64,000 nt of DNA from Eledone cirrhosa (lineage: Eukaryota), in the NCBI GenBank assembly GCA_964016885.1, contig OZ024741.1, forward strand, positions 149,296,001 to 149,360,000, in the 5' to 3' direction. The notes under the pieces are model-generated. The model saw only the letters and a list, made by a program, of their open reading frames with translations. It searched no databases and was not told the origin of the DNA. Position numbers and translations under genes: made by a program. Positions 1-13,214 of this stretch are shown piece by piece; position 1 is the stretch's first letter, and the number at the start of each line of letters is the position of its first letter.

Positions 1-1182
1 TGGTGGGCTCTTAGAAAACTAGGCGTTGACGAATGGCTTGTGAGAGCTATACAAGCCATGTATAAAGAAACAGTCAGCAAGGTTAGAATTAACAACGAAT
101 ATAGTGAAGAGTTTAGTGTAAAAGTTGGCGTCCATCAGGGCTCTGTTCTCAGCCCCCTACTATTTATTATTGCCCTTCAGGCTATAACAGAGGAGTTCAA
201 GACCGGCTGCCCATGGGAACTCCTATACGCAGATGACCTGACACTCATAGCGGAATCAATGGCGGAGCTAGAGAAGAAATTCCAAACATGGAAGCACGGC
301 CTAGAATCAAAAGGACTTAAAATTAACCTGGCTAAGACTAAAGTTCTAGTTTGTAGGAAAGAAAATAAGGCGGCGGTCCCTTCTGGGAAATGGTCGTGCT
401 CGGTGTGTAGGAAAGGCGTAGGTAGAAACTCCATTTTATGTCCTAAATGCAAAGTATGGGTGCATAAAAGATGTAGTGGGATCACAGGTAAGCTAACTAA
501 GAACATAGATTTTACATGTGGCCGGTGCTCTGGTGCAATAAGTAGCAGCAAGTGCCCACAAAATACTAGCTCTTTCAATTGCGCAGAGGGTTCTATAGAA
601 ATAGTGGACAGCTTCCGTTACCTGGGTGATAAAATCAGCAGTGGGGGAGGGTGCTCTGAAAGTACAGTAGCTCGAGTCAGAACTGGTTGGAAAAAGTTCA
701 GAGAGCTTATACCACTATTAGCTGCTAAAGGGTTCTCCCTAAAAATGAAAGGCAGGTTGTACGATGCCTGCATACGAACAGCAATGTTGCATGGCAGTGA
801 GACCTGGGCATTGTGTGCAGAGGATATACGCAGACTAGAGAGGAACGAAGCTTGCATGCTCCGCTGGATGTGTAACAGTAATATACGTGAACGGCAAAGC
901 ATAAACGAACTAAGGAAAAAATTAGAAATAAGAGGGATCAGATGTTGTTTACTCGAGAGAAGGCTACGTTTGTATGGACACGTGATGCGCATGAAAGTCG
1001 ATAGCTGTATAACAAAGTGCAGGGCAATAAAGATAGACGGTAGCCACGGAATAGGCAGACCTAGAAAAACCTGGGACGAGCTGATAAACTCCGACCTCAC
1101 ACACTTACACCTCTCCAAGACAATGTCACTGGACCGAGACCTTTGGCGGTACTCAGTAACAGAGAAGACCCGCCTTACCTAA
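1..1182 (+). mobile_element. RTE-clade LINE, 3' part of ORF2 (reverse transcriptase with embedded PHD-like Cys/His finger)
   Basis: ORF 40-1182 has GVHQGSVLSPLLF, LLYADDL, FRYLG, MLHGSETW, GHVMRM and GRPRKTW. A CxxC..CxxC..H..C..CxxC block lies between YADD and YLG. Confidence 0.92.
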
Positions 1183-1289
1183 ATACATAGTAAAACCTAC
1201 TACAGCCAGTAGGCATCTCTAACAAAATACCCCCCCCCCCCTTCTATGTAAAGTTATGTTGGTGCCACGCCATCCAGGCCGAAACAAAT

Positions 1290-1540
1290 GAGATCGTGTA
1301 GGTGTCACGACAAAAAAACACACAGTCCACGCTGTAATGTGGCCGTGTAGGCAACACGGTAAAAACCTCCCAGACCCACACTGTAAATGTGGTTGGTGTT
1401 AGGAAGGGCATCCGACTGTAGAAAACCTGCCAGACAGTCCTATGCGAGCAAGACAATCACTCTTGCCTCAAGTGGGAATACCCCCGTCCAAACCCATGCA
1501 AGCGTGGAACACGGACGTTAACCGTTGATGATGATGATGA

Positions 1541-1545
<5 letters not shown>
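1290..1545 (+). mobile_element. SINE 3' part with (TGA)n tail (mirror ~30898-31150)
   Basis: ggttggtgttaggaagggcatcc...aacccatgcaagcgtggaa...gatgatgat. The same motif recurs near 11365, 12620, 15960, 41447, 45670, 56255 and 61585. Confidence 0.75.
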
Positions 1546-1573
<28 letters not shown>

Positions 1574-1776
1574 TATGTACACGTACATACATATATCTAT
1601 ACAGACGTACAGTAGTATGTATATATATATATACATACATGCACACATATATATATGTACATATGGATTCACCGAACATTTATTATAATGCTCGGTGTGT
1701 TTGTAAACAATCATCCCGTATTAAGCCGTAGTGTCTAGCAACCATCGTTGCTCGTTTGTTCAACACTGACAAAGGA

Positions 1777-1819
1777 ACGCTGTACTAGTTTCAAGCTTAT
1801 TAGCTATCATCAGCAACGT
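1777..1819 (-). ncRNA. Type I minimal hammerhead ribozyme
   Basis: ACGUUG-CUGAUGA-UAGCU AAUA AGCUU-GAAA-CUAG-UA-CAGCGU. Stems I and II pair, and stem III (ACUAGU) is palindromic. Confidence 0.8.
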
Positions 1820-2204
1820 ATACCTTCCTGCCAGATTGTTGAACGTCTGAAAGTATATACTTACCTTATGCATATTAACGGCTGAGTAGCCCAATTTGCA
1901 TATCGAGTGGGTTAATCGGCCGGGTGCATCGAAAACGATAAACGGAAAAAATGAAACGAAATTTCATTTCCCACTCTTAGTACGGCTGTTACTTAAATAT
2001 AAGTATGTACACGTACATACATATATGTATACAGACGTACAGTAGTATATATATATATATACATACATGCACACAGATATATATGTATGTATGGATTCAC
2101 CGAACATTTATTATAATGCTCGGTGTGTTTGTAAACAAACATCCCGTATTAAGCCGTAGTGTCTAGCAACCATCGTTGCTCGTTTGTTCAACACTGACAA
2201 AGGA

Positions 2205-2247
2205 ACGCTGTACTAGTTTCAAGCTTATTAGCTATCATCAGCAACAT
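2205..2247 (-). ncRNA. Type I minimal hammerhead ribozyme
   Basis: Same as 1777-1819, with stem I AUGUUG/CAGCGU. Confidence 0.78.
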
Positions 2248-3229
2248 ATACCTTTCGTTTCATTTTTTCCATTTATCGTTTTCGGTGCACCCGGCCGATT
2301 AACCCACTCGATATGCAAATTGGGCTACTCAGCCGTTAATATGCATAAGGTAAGTATATACGTTCAACAATCTGGCAGGAAGGTATACGTTAGTTATGAC
2401 TATATATATATATAGTAGAACACTGGTGGGTTACATCCGTAGTAGTAGAGCACTAAGTCCATGGGACGAGTTTGGTAGAAGTAGTTCCACAACAGTTAAT
2501 TCACCATTTCTGATAACAATATGTTTCACTTTAGACGGATCATCAGCTCAGTTTAAAGAAAAAATTTTTTTTTTATAACTAACCCTTTCAATTGATATTT
2601 ATTTATTGCTGTGACCTCCATTCTATCCTCTCTTCTTGCCTGTTGTCGTCAGTCTGGTCGGACTAACATCTTAACGATTTTTGGATTAACTCTTTTCCCT
2701 CCTCCTTTCTCTCCCTTTCTCTCCCTCTCTCTTCCCCACACTTTCCCTCTCCCTTTCTCCCCCTCTCTCTCTGTCCCCATACTACTCCCGTTTCCTTCGT
2801 CTCTTACTCTCTCTCTTTACGCCCGTTCTCACCGTCAATAGGCGTGTTTCTCTTAGCTCTCTCATTGTTATTAAGGTCTCTCGGCTTAAACCTAGCTGCC
2901 TTTTTTAACTTTGTTCTCTCTCCCCTTGGTTACTCTACATACATGTGCCACTGTCCTGTGTCTCCTCCCCTCTCTATGTTTTTTCTCTTTTTCTCTCTTC
3001 TTTCTCTTCCGTTTTTTTCTCTCTCTTCACTATCTCATTTTCGTGTTTTCTTTCCCTAATAACTTTCTAAGTTATTATCACATGCGGTGAGATGTATTGT
3101 CTTTGATGCACTGAAACATCTGAGACCCACAGCAAACAACTGATGTGGGGAAATGTCTATCTCTATGTTTCTGTTTACTTTTCTTTCTAAACACTCGTTA
3201 TTAGTAACCACAATGCCATGTCATTTTCA

Positions 3230-3303
<74 letters not shown>

Positions 3304-3315
3304 GCGCGTATATAA

Positions 3316-3450
3316 TTATGTAATAAGCAACATAAGATAATTATTTCATTTACGAAAGGTTTCACGAAGACAGACGCCTGTGTCAAGCTCGTCTGTCTTC
3401 GTGAAACCTTTGGTAAATGAAATAATTATTTTATGTTGTTTATTACATAA
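3316..3450. repeat. Fold-back hairpin (~60-bp arms; mirror ~29011-29146)
   Basis: ttatgtaataa...gaagacagacg / cgtctgtcttc...ttattacataa. Confidence 0.85.
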
Positions 3451-3534
3451 CTAAAAAGCTCTGTAGTCTACATAGAGCACTTTCCTTTCCTTTACCTTTC
3501 CTACGGAAACACTTTATATATATATATATATATA

Positions 3535-6500
3535 AAGCTAAGTAAATAGAAGGAACCTCAGGATGGTCCATACATGTGCTGGAAATAGCAGCTACATCAA
3601 TTAAAAAGGAAGAAGCCCATGGTGGTTATGGGTGTGCTAGAAATAACAGCTAAATAGGGGAACCTCATGGTGGTCCATAAATGTGTTAGAAATAGCAGCT
3701 GCATCAGATAAACAGGGGAAATTCGAGGTGATCCATAGATGTGCTAGAAATAGCAGCTAAATAGGATGAACGTCATGGTGGTCCAATGGTGTGCTAGAAA
3801 TAGCAGCTAAATAAGTTGAACAGGGGAACCTCATATTGGTCCATAGATGTGCTAGAAATAGCAGCTAAATAGGGGGAACCTCATCGAAGTCCATAGATTG
3901 TGGTAGAAATAGCAGCTAAATAGGGGAAACCTCATGGTGGTCCATAGGTGTGCTAGAAATGGCAGCTAAATAGGGGGAATCTCATGGTAGTCCACAGATG
4001 CGCTAGAAATAGCAGTTAAATAGAAGGAACGTCATGCTGGCCCATATGTGTGCTAGAATTATCAGCTAAATAAGGGGAACCTCATGGTGATCCATAGATG
4101 TGCTAGAAATAGCAGCTACATCAGCTAAAGAGGGGAAACCTCATGTTGGTCCATAAGTGTGCTACAAATAGCAGCTAAATAGGAGGAACCTCACGGTCGT
4201 CCAATGGTGTGCTAGAAATAGCAGCTAAACAGCAGTAACCTCATGGAGGTCCATAAATGTGGTAGAAATAGCAGCTAAATAGGAGAAACCTCATTGTGGT
4301 TCATAGGTGCGCTAGAAATAGCAGCTAATCATGGGGAACATCATAGTGATCAATAGGTATGCTAGAAATAGCAGCTAAATAATGGATACCTCATGGTGGT
4401 CTATAGGTAAGCTAGAAATAGCAGCTAAATAGGGAAACCTCATGGTGGTCCTTAGGTGTGCTAGAAATTGCAGCTAAATAGAGGGAACCTCATTGTGGTC
4501 GATAGGTATGCTAGAAATAGGAGATGCATCAGCTAAACAGGAAGAACATCATGGTCCAGAGTTGTGCTAGAAATAGCAGTTAAATAGAGTGAAGCTTATG
4601 GTGGTCCAAAGGTGAGATAGAAATAGCAGCTAAATAGGAGGAAATTCATAGTGGTCCATAGGTGTGCTAGAAATAGCAGCTAAAATGGGTTATCTCATGG
4701 TGGTCCATAGCGGTGCTAGAAATTGCAGCTAAATAGGGGGAACATTATTGTGGTTCATAGGTATGCTAGAAATAGCAGCTAAATAGCAGAACCTCATGGT
4801 GGTTCATAGGTGTACTAGAAATAGTAGCTAAATAGGGGGAACCTCATGGTCGTCCACAGATGCGCTAGAAATAGCAGCTAAATAAGGGAAACTTCATAGT
4901 GGTCCATAGATGTGCTAGAAATAGCAGCTAAATAAGGGGAACTTCATAGTGGTCCATAGGTGTCCTAGAAATAGCAGCTAAATAGGGGGAACCTCATGGG
5001 GGTCCATAGGTGTGCTAAAAATAAGAGCTAAATGAGGAACCTCATGGTGATCCATAGGTGTGCTACAAATTGCAGTTAAATAGGGGGAACCTTATTGTGG
5101 TACATAGGTATGCTAGAAACAGGAGTTGCATCAGCTAAACAGGAAGAACATCATGGCGGTCCACAGTTGTGTTAGAAATACCAGTTAAATGGAGGGAAGC
5201 TTATGGTGGTCCAAAGGTGAGACAGAAATAACAGCTAAACAGCGGGAAAGTCATGCTGGCCATATGTGTGCTAGAATTATCAGCTAAAGAAGGGGAACCA
5301 TAGAAGGTGGTCCATAGATGTACTAAAAATAGCAGCTACATCAGCTAAATAGGGGGTGCCTCATGGTGGTCCATAGGTGTCCTAAAAATAGCAGCTAAAT
5401 AGGGGGGACTTCATGGTGATCCATAGGTATGCTAGAAATAGGAGCTGCATCAGCTAAACAGGGAGAACATCATGGTGGTCCAGAGTGGTGCTAGAAATAG
5501 CAGTTAAATAGAGGGAAGCTTAAGGTGGTTCAAAGGTGAGCTAGAAATAACAGCTAAACAGGGGGAACGCTATGCTGTCCCATATGTGCTAGAATTACCA
5601 GCTAAATGAGGGCAACCTCATTGTGGTCCATGGATGTGCTAGAAATAGCAGCTACATCAACTAAAGAGGGGGAACCTCATGGTGGCCCATAAGTTTGCTA
5701 AAAATAGCAGCTAAGTAGGGGGAATATGATGGTGGTCCATAGATGTGCTAGAAATAGCAGCTAAAGAATGGGTACCTCATGGTGGTCCATAGGTAAGCTA
5801 GAAATAGCAGCTAAATAAGAGGTACCCCATGGTTGTCCATAGGTAAGCTAGAAATAGCAGCTAAACAGGGAACCTAATGGAGGTCCATAGATGTGGCAGA
5901 AATAGCAGCTAAATAGGGGAAATGTCATGGTGTTTCATAGGTGTGCTACACATAGCAGCTAAATAGTGCTCCATAGATAGTGGTCCATAGATGCACTAGA
6001 AATATGAGCTAATCAGGGGGAACATAGTGGTGATCAATGGGAAGCTTAAGGTGGTTCAAAGGTTAGCTAGAAATAGCAGTTAAATAGGGGAACGTCATGC
6101 TGGCCCATATGTGTACTAGAATTATCAGTTAAATAAGGGGAACCTCATAGTGGTCCATAGATGTGCTAGAAATAGCAGCTATATCAGCCAAAGAGAGGCA
6201 ACCTCATACTGGTCCATAAGTTTACGAAAAATAGAAGCTAAATAGCGGGGGACCTTATGGTGTTCCATAGGTGTGCTAGAAGTAGCAGAGAAATGAGGGT
6301 AACCCGATAATGGTTTATAGGTGTGCTAGAAATAACAGCTAAACAATTTAAACAGAGGAAACATTGTGGAGGTCCATAGGCGTGCTAGAAACAGCAGCTA
6401 AATAATGGGTACCTCATGGTGGTCCATAGGTAAGCTAGAAATAGCAGTTAAATAGGGAACCTTATGGTGGTTCATAGGTGTGCTAGAAATAGTAGCTAAA

Positions 6501-7225
6501 TAGAGTGAACACCATGAAAGTCCATAGGTGTGCTACAAATAGCAGCTAAATAAGGGGAACTCTTGGTCGTTCATAGGTGCGCTAATAATAGCTGCTAAAC
6601 AGAGGCACCTCATGGTGGTCCATATATGTGCTAGAAATAGCAGCTACAAAAGTTAAACTGCATGGTGATCAAAAGGTGAGCTAGAAATAGCAGTGAAACA
6701 GAGTGAACTTCATGATGGTCAAGAGGTATGCTATAAATAGCAGCTACATCAGCTAAAGAGGAGGAAATTCATGATAGCCTATAGTACCTCATGGTGGTCC
6801 ATAGCAGCTAAATAGGGAGAAACTCATAGTGGTCCATAGGTATGCTAGAAATAACAGCTAAATAGGGGAACCTCTTGGGGTCCGTAGGTGGGCTAGAAAT
6901 AGCAGTTAAATAGGTGCACCCTATGGTGGTCCAGCTAAACAGGTGGAACCTCATGGTGGTCCATAGGTGTGTTAGAAACAGCAGCTACATCAGCTAATTT
7001 GGGGTAACCTCATGGTGGTCCATAAGTGTTATAGAAATAGCAGCTAAATAAGGTGAACCTTGTGGTTTTTCATCGTTCTGTTAAAAATAGCAGTTACATT
7101 AGTTAAACAGGGGCAACCTTATGGTGGTCCATAGGTGTGCCAGATATAACATCTATATCAGCTAAACATCATGGTGTTAGAAATAGCAGCTGAATTGTGG
7201 GAACCTCTTGGTGTTTCATAGGTGT
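3535..7225 (+). repeat. ~50-bp tandem satellite, roughly 70 diverged units
   Basis: Consensus about aaataggggaacctcatggtggtccataggtgtgctagaaatagcagct, with an optional extra acatcagcta. Confidence 0.95.
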
Positions 7226-7227
7226 TT

Positions 7228-7385
7228 TCCTGGGGCTAAACAACATCAGTCCTACAGTTAGACAACATCTGTTTTGGGGCTAAACAACATTAGTCCTGGG
7301 TCTAAACAACATCTTTCCTGGGACTAAATAATATTTGTCCTGGGTCTGAACAGCATCTTTCCTGGGGCTAAACAATATCAGTCCT
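7228..7385 (+). repeat. ~30-bp minisatellite (cctggggctaaacaacatc..), ~5 units
   Basis: Repeated ggggctaaacaacat motif directly after the satellite. Confidence 0.7.
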
Positions 7386-7389
7386 TGGT

Positions 7390-8278
7390 TGGTGGATTGG
7401 CAGTATCGGTAGAGTACCATACACCATGCTTTACAGCATATAGTTATGGCCCTTTATGGCTTCATTTCAAATCCCGCTAAGGTTTGCTTTGCTTTTCATC
7501 CTTACGAGATCGATAAAATAAAGTACCAGTAATGCACTGGGGTCGATATAATCGACTTTTCTCTCCCCCCAAATTGCCGGCCTTGTGCCTGTAGTAGAAA
7601 TCTTTATTATTATTATTTTGTCCTAATATTTCAGGAATTAAAAATCCCTCCATAAAAATATTCTGGTCTTGTCATTTTGATATTTGATTTAAATTTAAAA
7701 AACCGCTTTCAAGGATTGTGCTTTGACATTCACTGCAGTATCCGCAAGAAGCAGGTGGATGAATGTACTGAAAATAATATTAACACAATTGGCAAAACAT
7801 TTCTGATAGGATTCAAAATGAGAAGACTTCTGTTGTGTCTCTTTCCCCTTTTCTAATAAACAATCATTATTTTAAACTTCAGGGCGGTGGATTGGCAGTA
7901 TCAGTAGAGGGTCGGGTGCCATGCTTTGACGCATAGAGTTACGCCCCTTTCCATTCTGAGTTCAAATCCCGCCAAGGTTAACTTTGCCTTTCATCCTTAC
8001 TGGGTCAATAAAATAAAGTACCAGTAATGTACTGGATAATTGCTGGCCTTGTGCCAAAAGTAGAAACAATTATTTTAAACTTCTGGTGGTGGATTGGCAG
8101 TATCGGTAGAAGGTCGGACGCCATGCTTTACAGCAAAGAGTTATGGCCCATTATGGTCTGAGTTCAAATCCCGCTGAGGTTAACTTTGCCTTTCATCCTT
8201 ACGGGGTCGATAAAATAAAGTACCAGTAATACACTGGGATAATTGCTGGCCTTGTGCCAAAAGTAGAAACAATTATTT
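7390..8278 (+). mobile_element. Three tRNA-derived SINE copies (7390-7605, 7885-8070, 8085-8278; the last two in tandem)
   Basis: ggattggcagtatcggtaga..., B-box-like gagttcaaatccc, tttgcctttcatcctt..gataaaataaagtaccag. The same family occurs at 11750, 52492, 53614 and 59440. Confidence 0.8.
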
Positions 8279-8796
8279 AAAACTTCTGTTTATATCTATA
8301 GCAGTATTGTGTTGTTCTCCCTCTAACTACCATTTTTTCTTCCTTCTTTATGCCTTTGTGTCTCTTTAATGTTGCTGTTTGTGTCTCTTTTTGGCTCTGT
8401 TAAGATATATTCACACTTTTATTTACTTTACAACAGCAATGATGGGCGATCAACCTTTTTATTTTTTATGACAACTCTCTAATGTGAGAGAGCTACAAAA
8501 GTCTTTATGGAAAATACATAGTAAGAGGGTGTTTATAGGTGAAATTGCTGTAAGTCTTTATGGAAAGGGGATGGTAACAGTGTCTTCATTAGAGAGAGTT
8601 GTAATAATTCTTTATACAAAGGAGATGCTAAGAATATATGTGAAAGCTTTTTTAAATCCTGGATGGTAATATGTGCGTATGTGTGTGTGTATATATATAT
8701 GTATATACGTATATATATACATGAAATATGTATAATAAAATATATATTTTAATTATGAGAATATTTTTCATTTATTAACATTTTGAATAATATATA

Positions 8797-8865
<69 letters not shown>

Positions 8866-8904
8866 ATATAAATATATATATACATATATGGGCGATGTAT
8901 ATAT

Positions 8905-11109
<2,205 letters not shown>

Positions 11110-11236
11110 AGTAGTTCCACAACAGTTAGTTCACCATTACCAAGAACACTTGTTTCACCTTATGCAGATCATCTACCAAACTCATCCCATGGACTGAGTG
11201 CTCTACTACTATGGATCTAACCCACCAGTGTTCTAC

Positions 11237-11316
<80 letters not shown>

Positions 11317-11364
11317 GCATAAATATCTATATATCTATCTATATATATAAATATATATATATAT

Positions 11365-11925
11365 CATCATAATCATCATCACCGTTTTACGTCCATTCTT
11401 CCACGCTAGCATGGGTTAGACGGGTTGACCTGTTGTGGGTAGTGTCCGGTCGGCTGACCTTGTCTTGCTCATACGGGAACTGATTCTGGCTTGATTCTAC
11501 CTTCCCAGCACCAACCTCATTTACAGTGAGTGGTGGGTGTTTTTTTTTTCCGTGGAGCCTACACGTCCACTTTACAGTGTGGGCTGGGTGCTTTTTTGCC
11601 GTGGCACCTCCACGACCACTTTGCAGTGGAATGATAGGGACCCCAGTCCAATCATCTCATTTCTACAGCTGAGTAAATTGGAGCAATGTGAAATAAAGTG
11701 TCTTGCTCAAGGAAACAACACATCACCCGGTCCGAGAATATATATATAATAATTGTTTCTACTTGAGGCACAAGGCCAGCAATTACCCAGTGCATTACTG
11801 GTACTTTATTTTATCGACCCCGTAAGGATGAAAGGCAAAGTCAACCTCGACGGGATTTGAACTCAGATCGTAAAGGGACGTAACTATGCTGGAAAGCATG
11901 GCGTCCGACCCTCTACCGATACTGG
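11365..11925 (-). mobile_element. Two adjacent SINE copies (mirror ~20566-21128)
   Basis: TGA-tailed SINE with ccttgagcaagacactt core, followed by a copy of the 7390-family SINE. Confidence 0.75.
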
Positions 11926-12231
11926 AAATTATTGTGTACAGTGTTCAGGTGCACTACAACTCGTCAAAAGTGCATGTATAGTACATAGAATAATATACAA
12001 ATGTCAGGGAAGTGAATAGTGTATGAGTTATGATATATGATATATATATATACTTGGCGAGGATCATATTGTTGTAATAATATTGCCAGAAATAACAACA
12101 GAACACACTCACTGTTTGGTTGGCTTTCGCTTCTGTATATTTTATATCTCCATAGTTAATTTATTTGGCAATCAATGTTTATCATTGATTGACCAACAGT
12201 TAAAAATGCAGATATAAATATATATATATAT

Positions 12232-12285
12232 ATAGTCTATCAAAGTTTTTTCGTTGCACATCTGCGACATCATCAGTGGTACTAT
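12232..12285 (-). ncRNA. Hammerhead-like motif in a solo Naiad-type 3' end (mirror 20206-20259 +)
   Basis: AUAGUACCA-CUGAUGA-U-GUCGCA GAUG UGCAAC-GAAA-AAACUU-UGAUAGACUAU, slightly degenerate. Confidence 0.55.
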
Positions 12286-12504
12286 TATGTTCCCTATTGT
12301 ATTGTAATGTCTACTACGCCATTTTTATTTTATTTATTTATTTATTCTTGTCTCTGTCTCTGCACATGCATTTGCATGTGTGTATAAAGTTTGAGTGTAT
12401 GTGTTTTTGTTTTTGTATTCTATCTTTGTCCACCAGTGTGTGTTTATATGTGTTTGTTATTAATGTACTTGTGTATTTATTTATTTATTTATATTTCCCT
12501 TATG

Positions 12505-12594
<90 letters not shown>

Positions 12595-12791
12595 TATATA
12601 CATATGTATATATATATATATCATCATCATCATCATCATCATCGTTTAACGTCCATCTTCCGCGGTAGCATGGGTTTAGACGGGAATTGTCCCATGTGAG
12701 GCAAGATTAGTTGTCTTGCTCGTATAGGACTGTCTGGCGGGTTTTCTATGGCTGGATGCCGTTCCTAACACCAAATATATATATATACACG

Positions 12792-12823
<32 letters not shown>

Positions 12824-12826
12824 CAC

Positions 12827-12872
<46 letters not shown>

Positions 12873-12912
12873 GATATTAAATAAATGGAAACTATATTTA
12901 TAAAACCATATT

Positions 12913-12973
12913 TATTCTATTATATATATTTCAAAGGTACCAAAACTTTGGTACGCTCTCATCAGATAAAATA
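12913..12973 (-). ncRNA. Type I hammerhead ribozyme within fold-back 12870-13124
   Basis: UAUUUUAU-CUGAUGA-GAGCGUACCAA AGUU UUGGUACCUUU-GAAA-UAUAUA-UA-AUAGAAUA. Confidence 0.72.
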
Positions 12974-13214
12974 CAAAGTTTGTTTTATAAATATTGACAT
13001 ATCCAGGAAGATCTTAATAGTTCAAGTTTTTTCTGGAGCGTACCAAAGTTTTGGTACCCTTGAAATATATATAATAGAATAAATATGGTTTTATAAATAT
13101 AGTTTCCATTTATTTAATATCATTGATATTATACTCCAGAAAATCTGTCGAGTGCTTTGAATCAGTTATAAACATATATATTTGTTGAATTACCAACAAA
13201 TTAAATATCCCTTT

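Larger units (their letters stand above)
1570..2392 (-). mobile_element. Non-coding HHR-bearing tandem element (428-nt unit, ~1.6 copies plus inverted 5' segment)
   Basis: Direct repeat 1570-1825 / 1998-2253. Segment ~2253-2392 is an inverted copy of ~1815-1960. Two HHR motifs lie 428 nt apart. Confidence 0.75.

Noticed and set aside
3535-7225. CRISPR-like array
   Set aside because: The inter-core sequences are homologous to each other rather than unique spacers. There are no cas genes and the context is eukaryotic.
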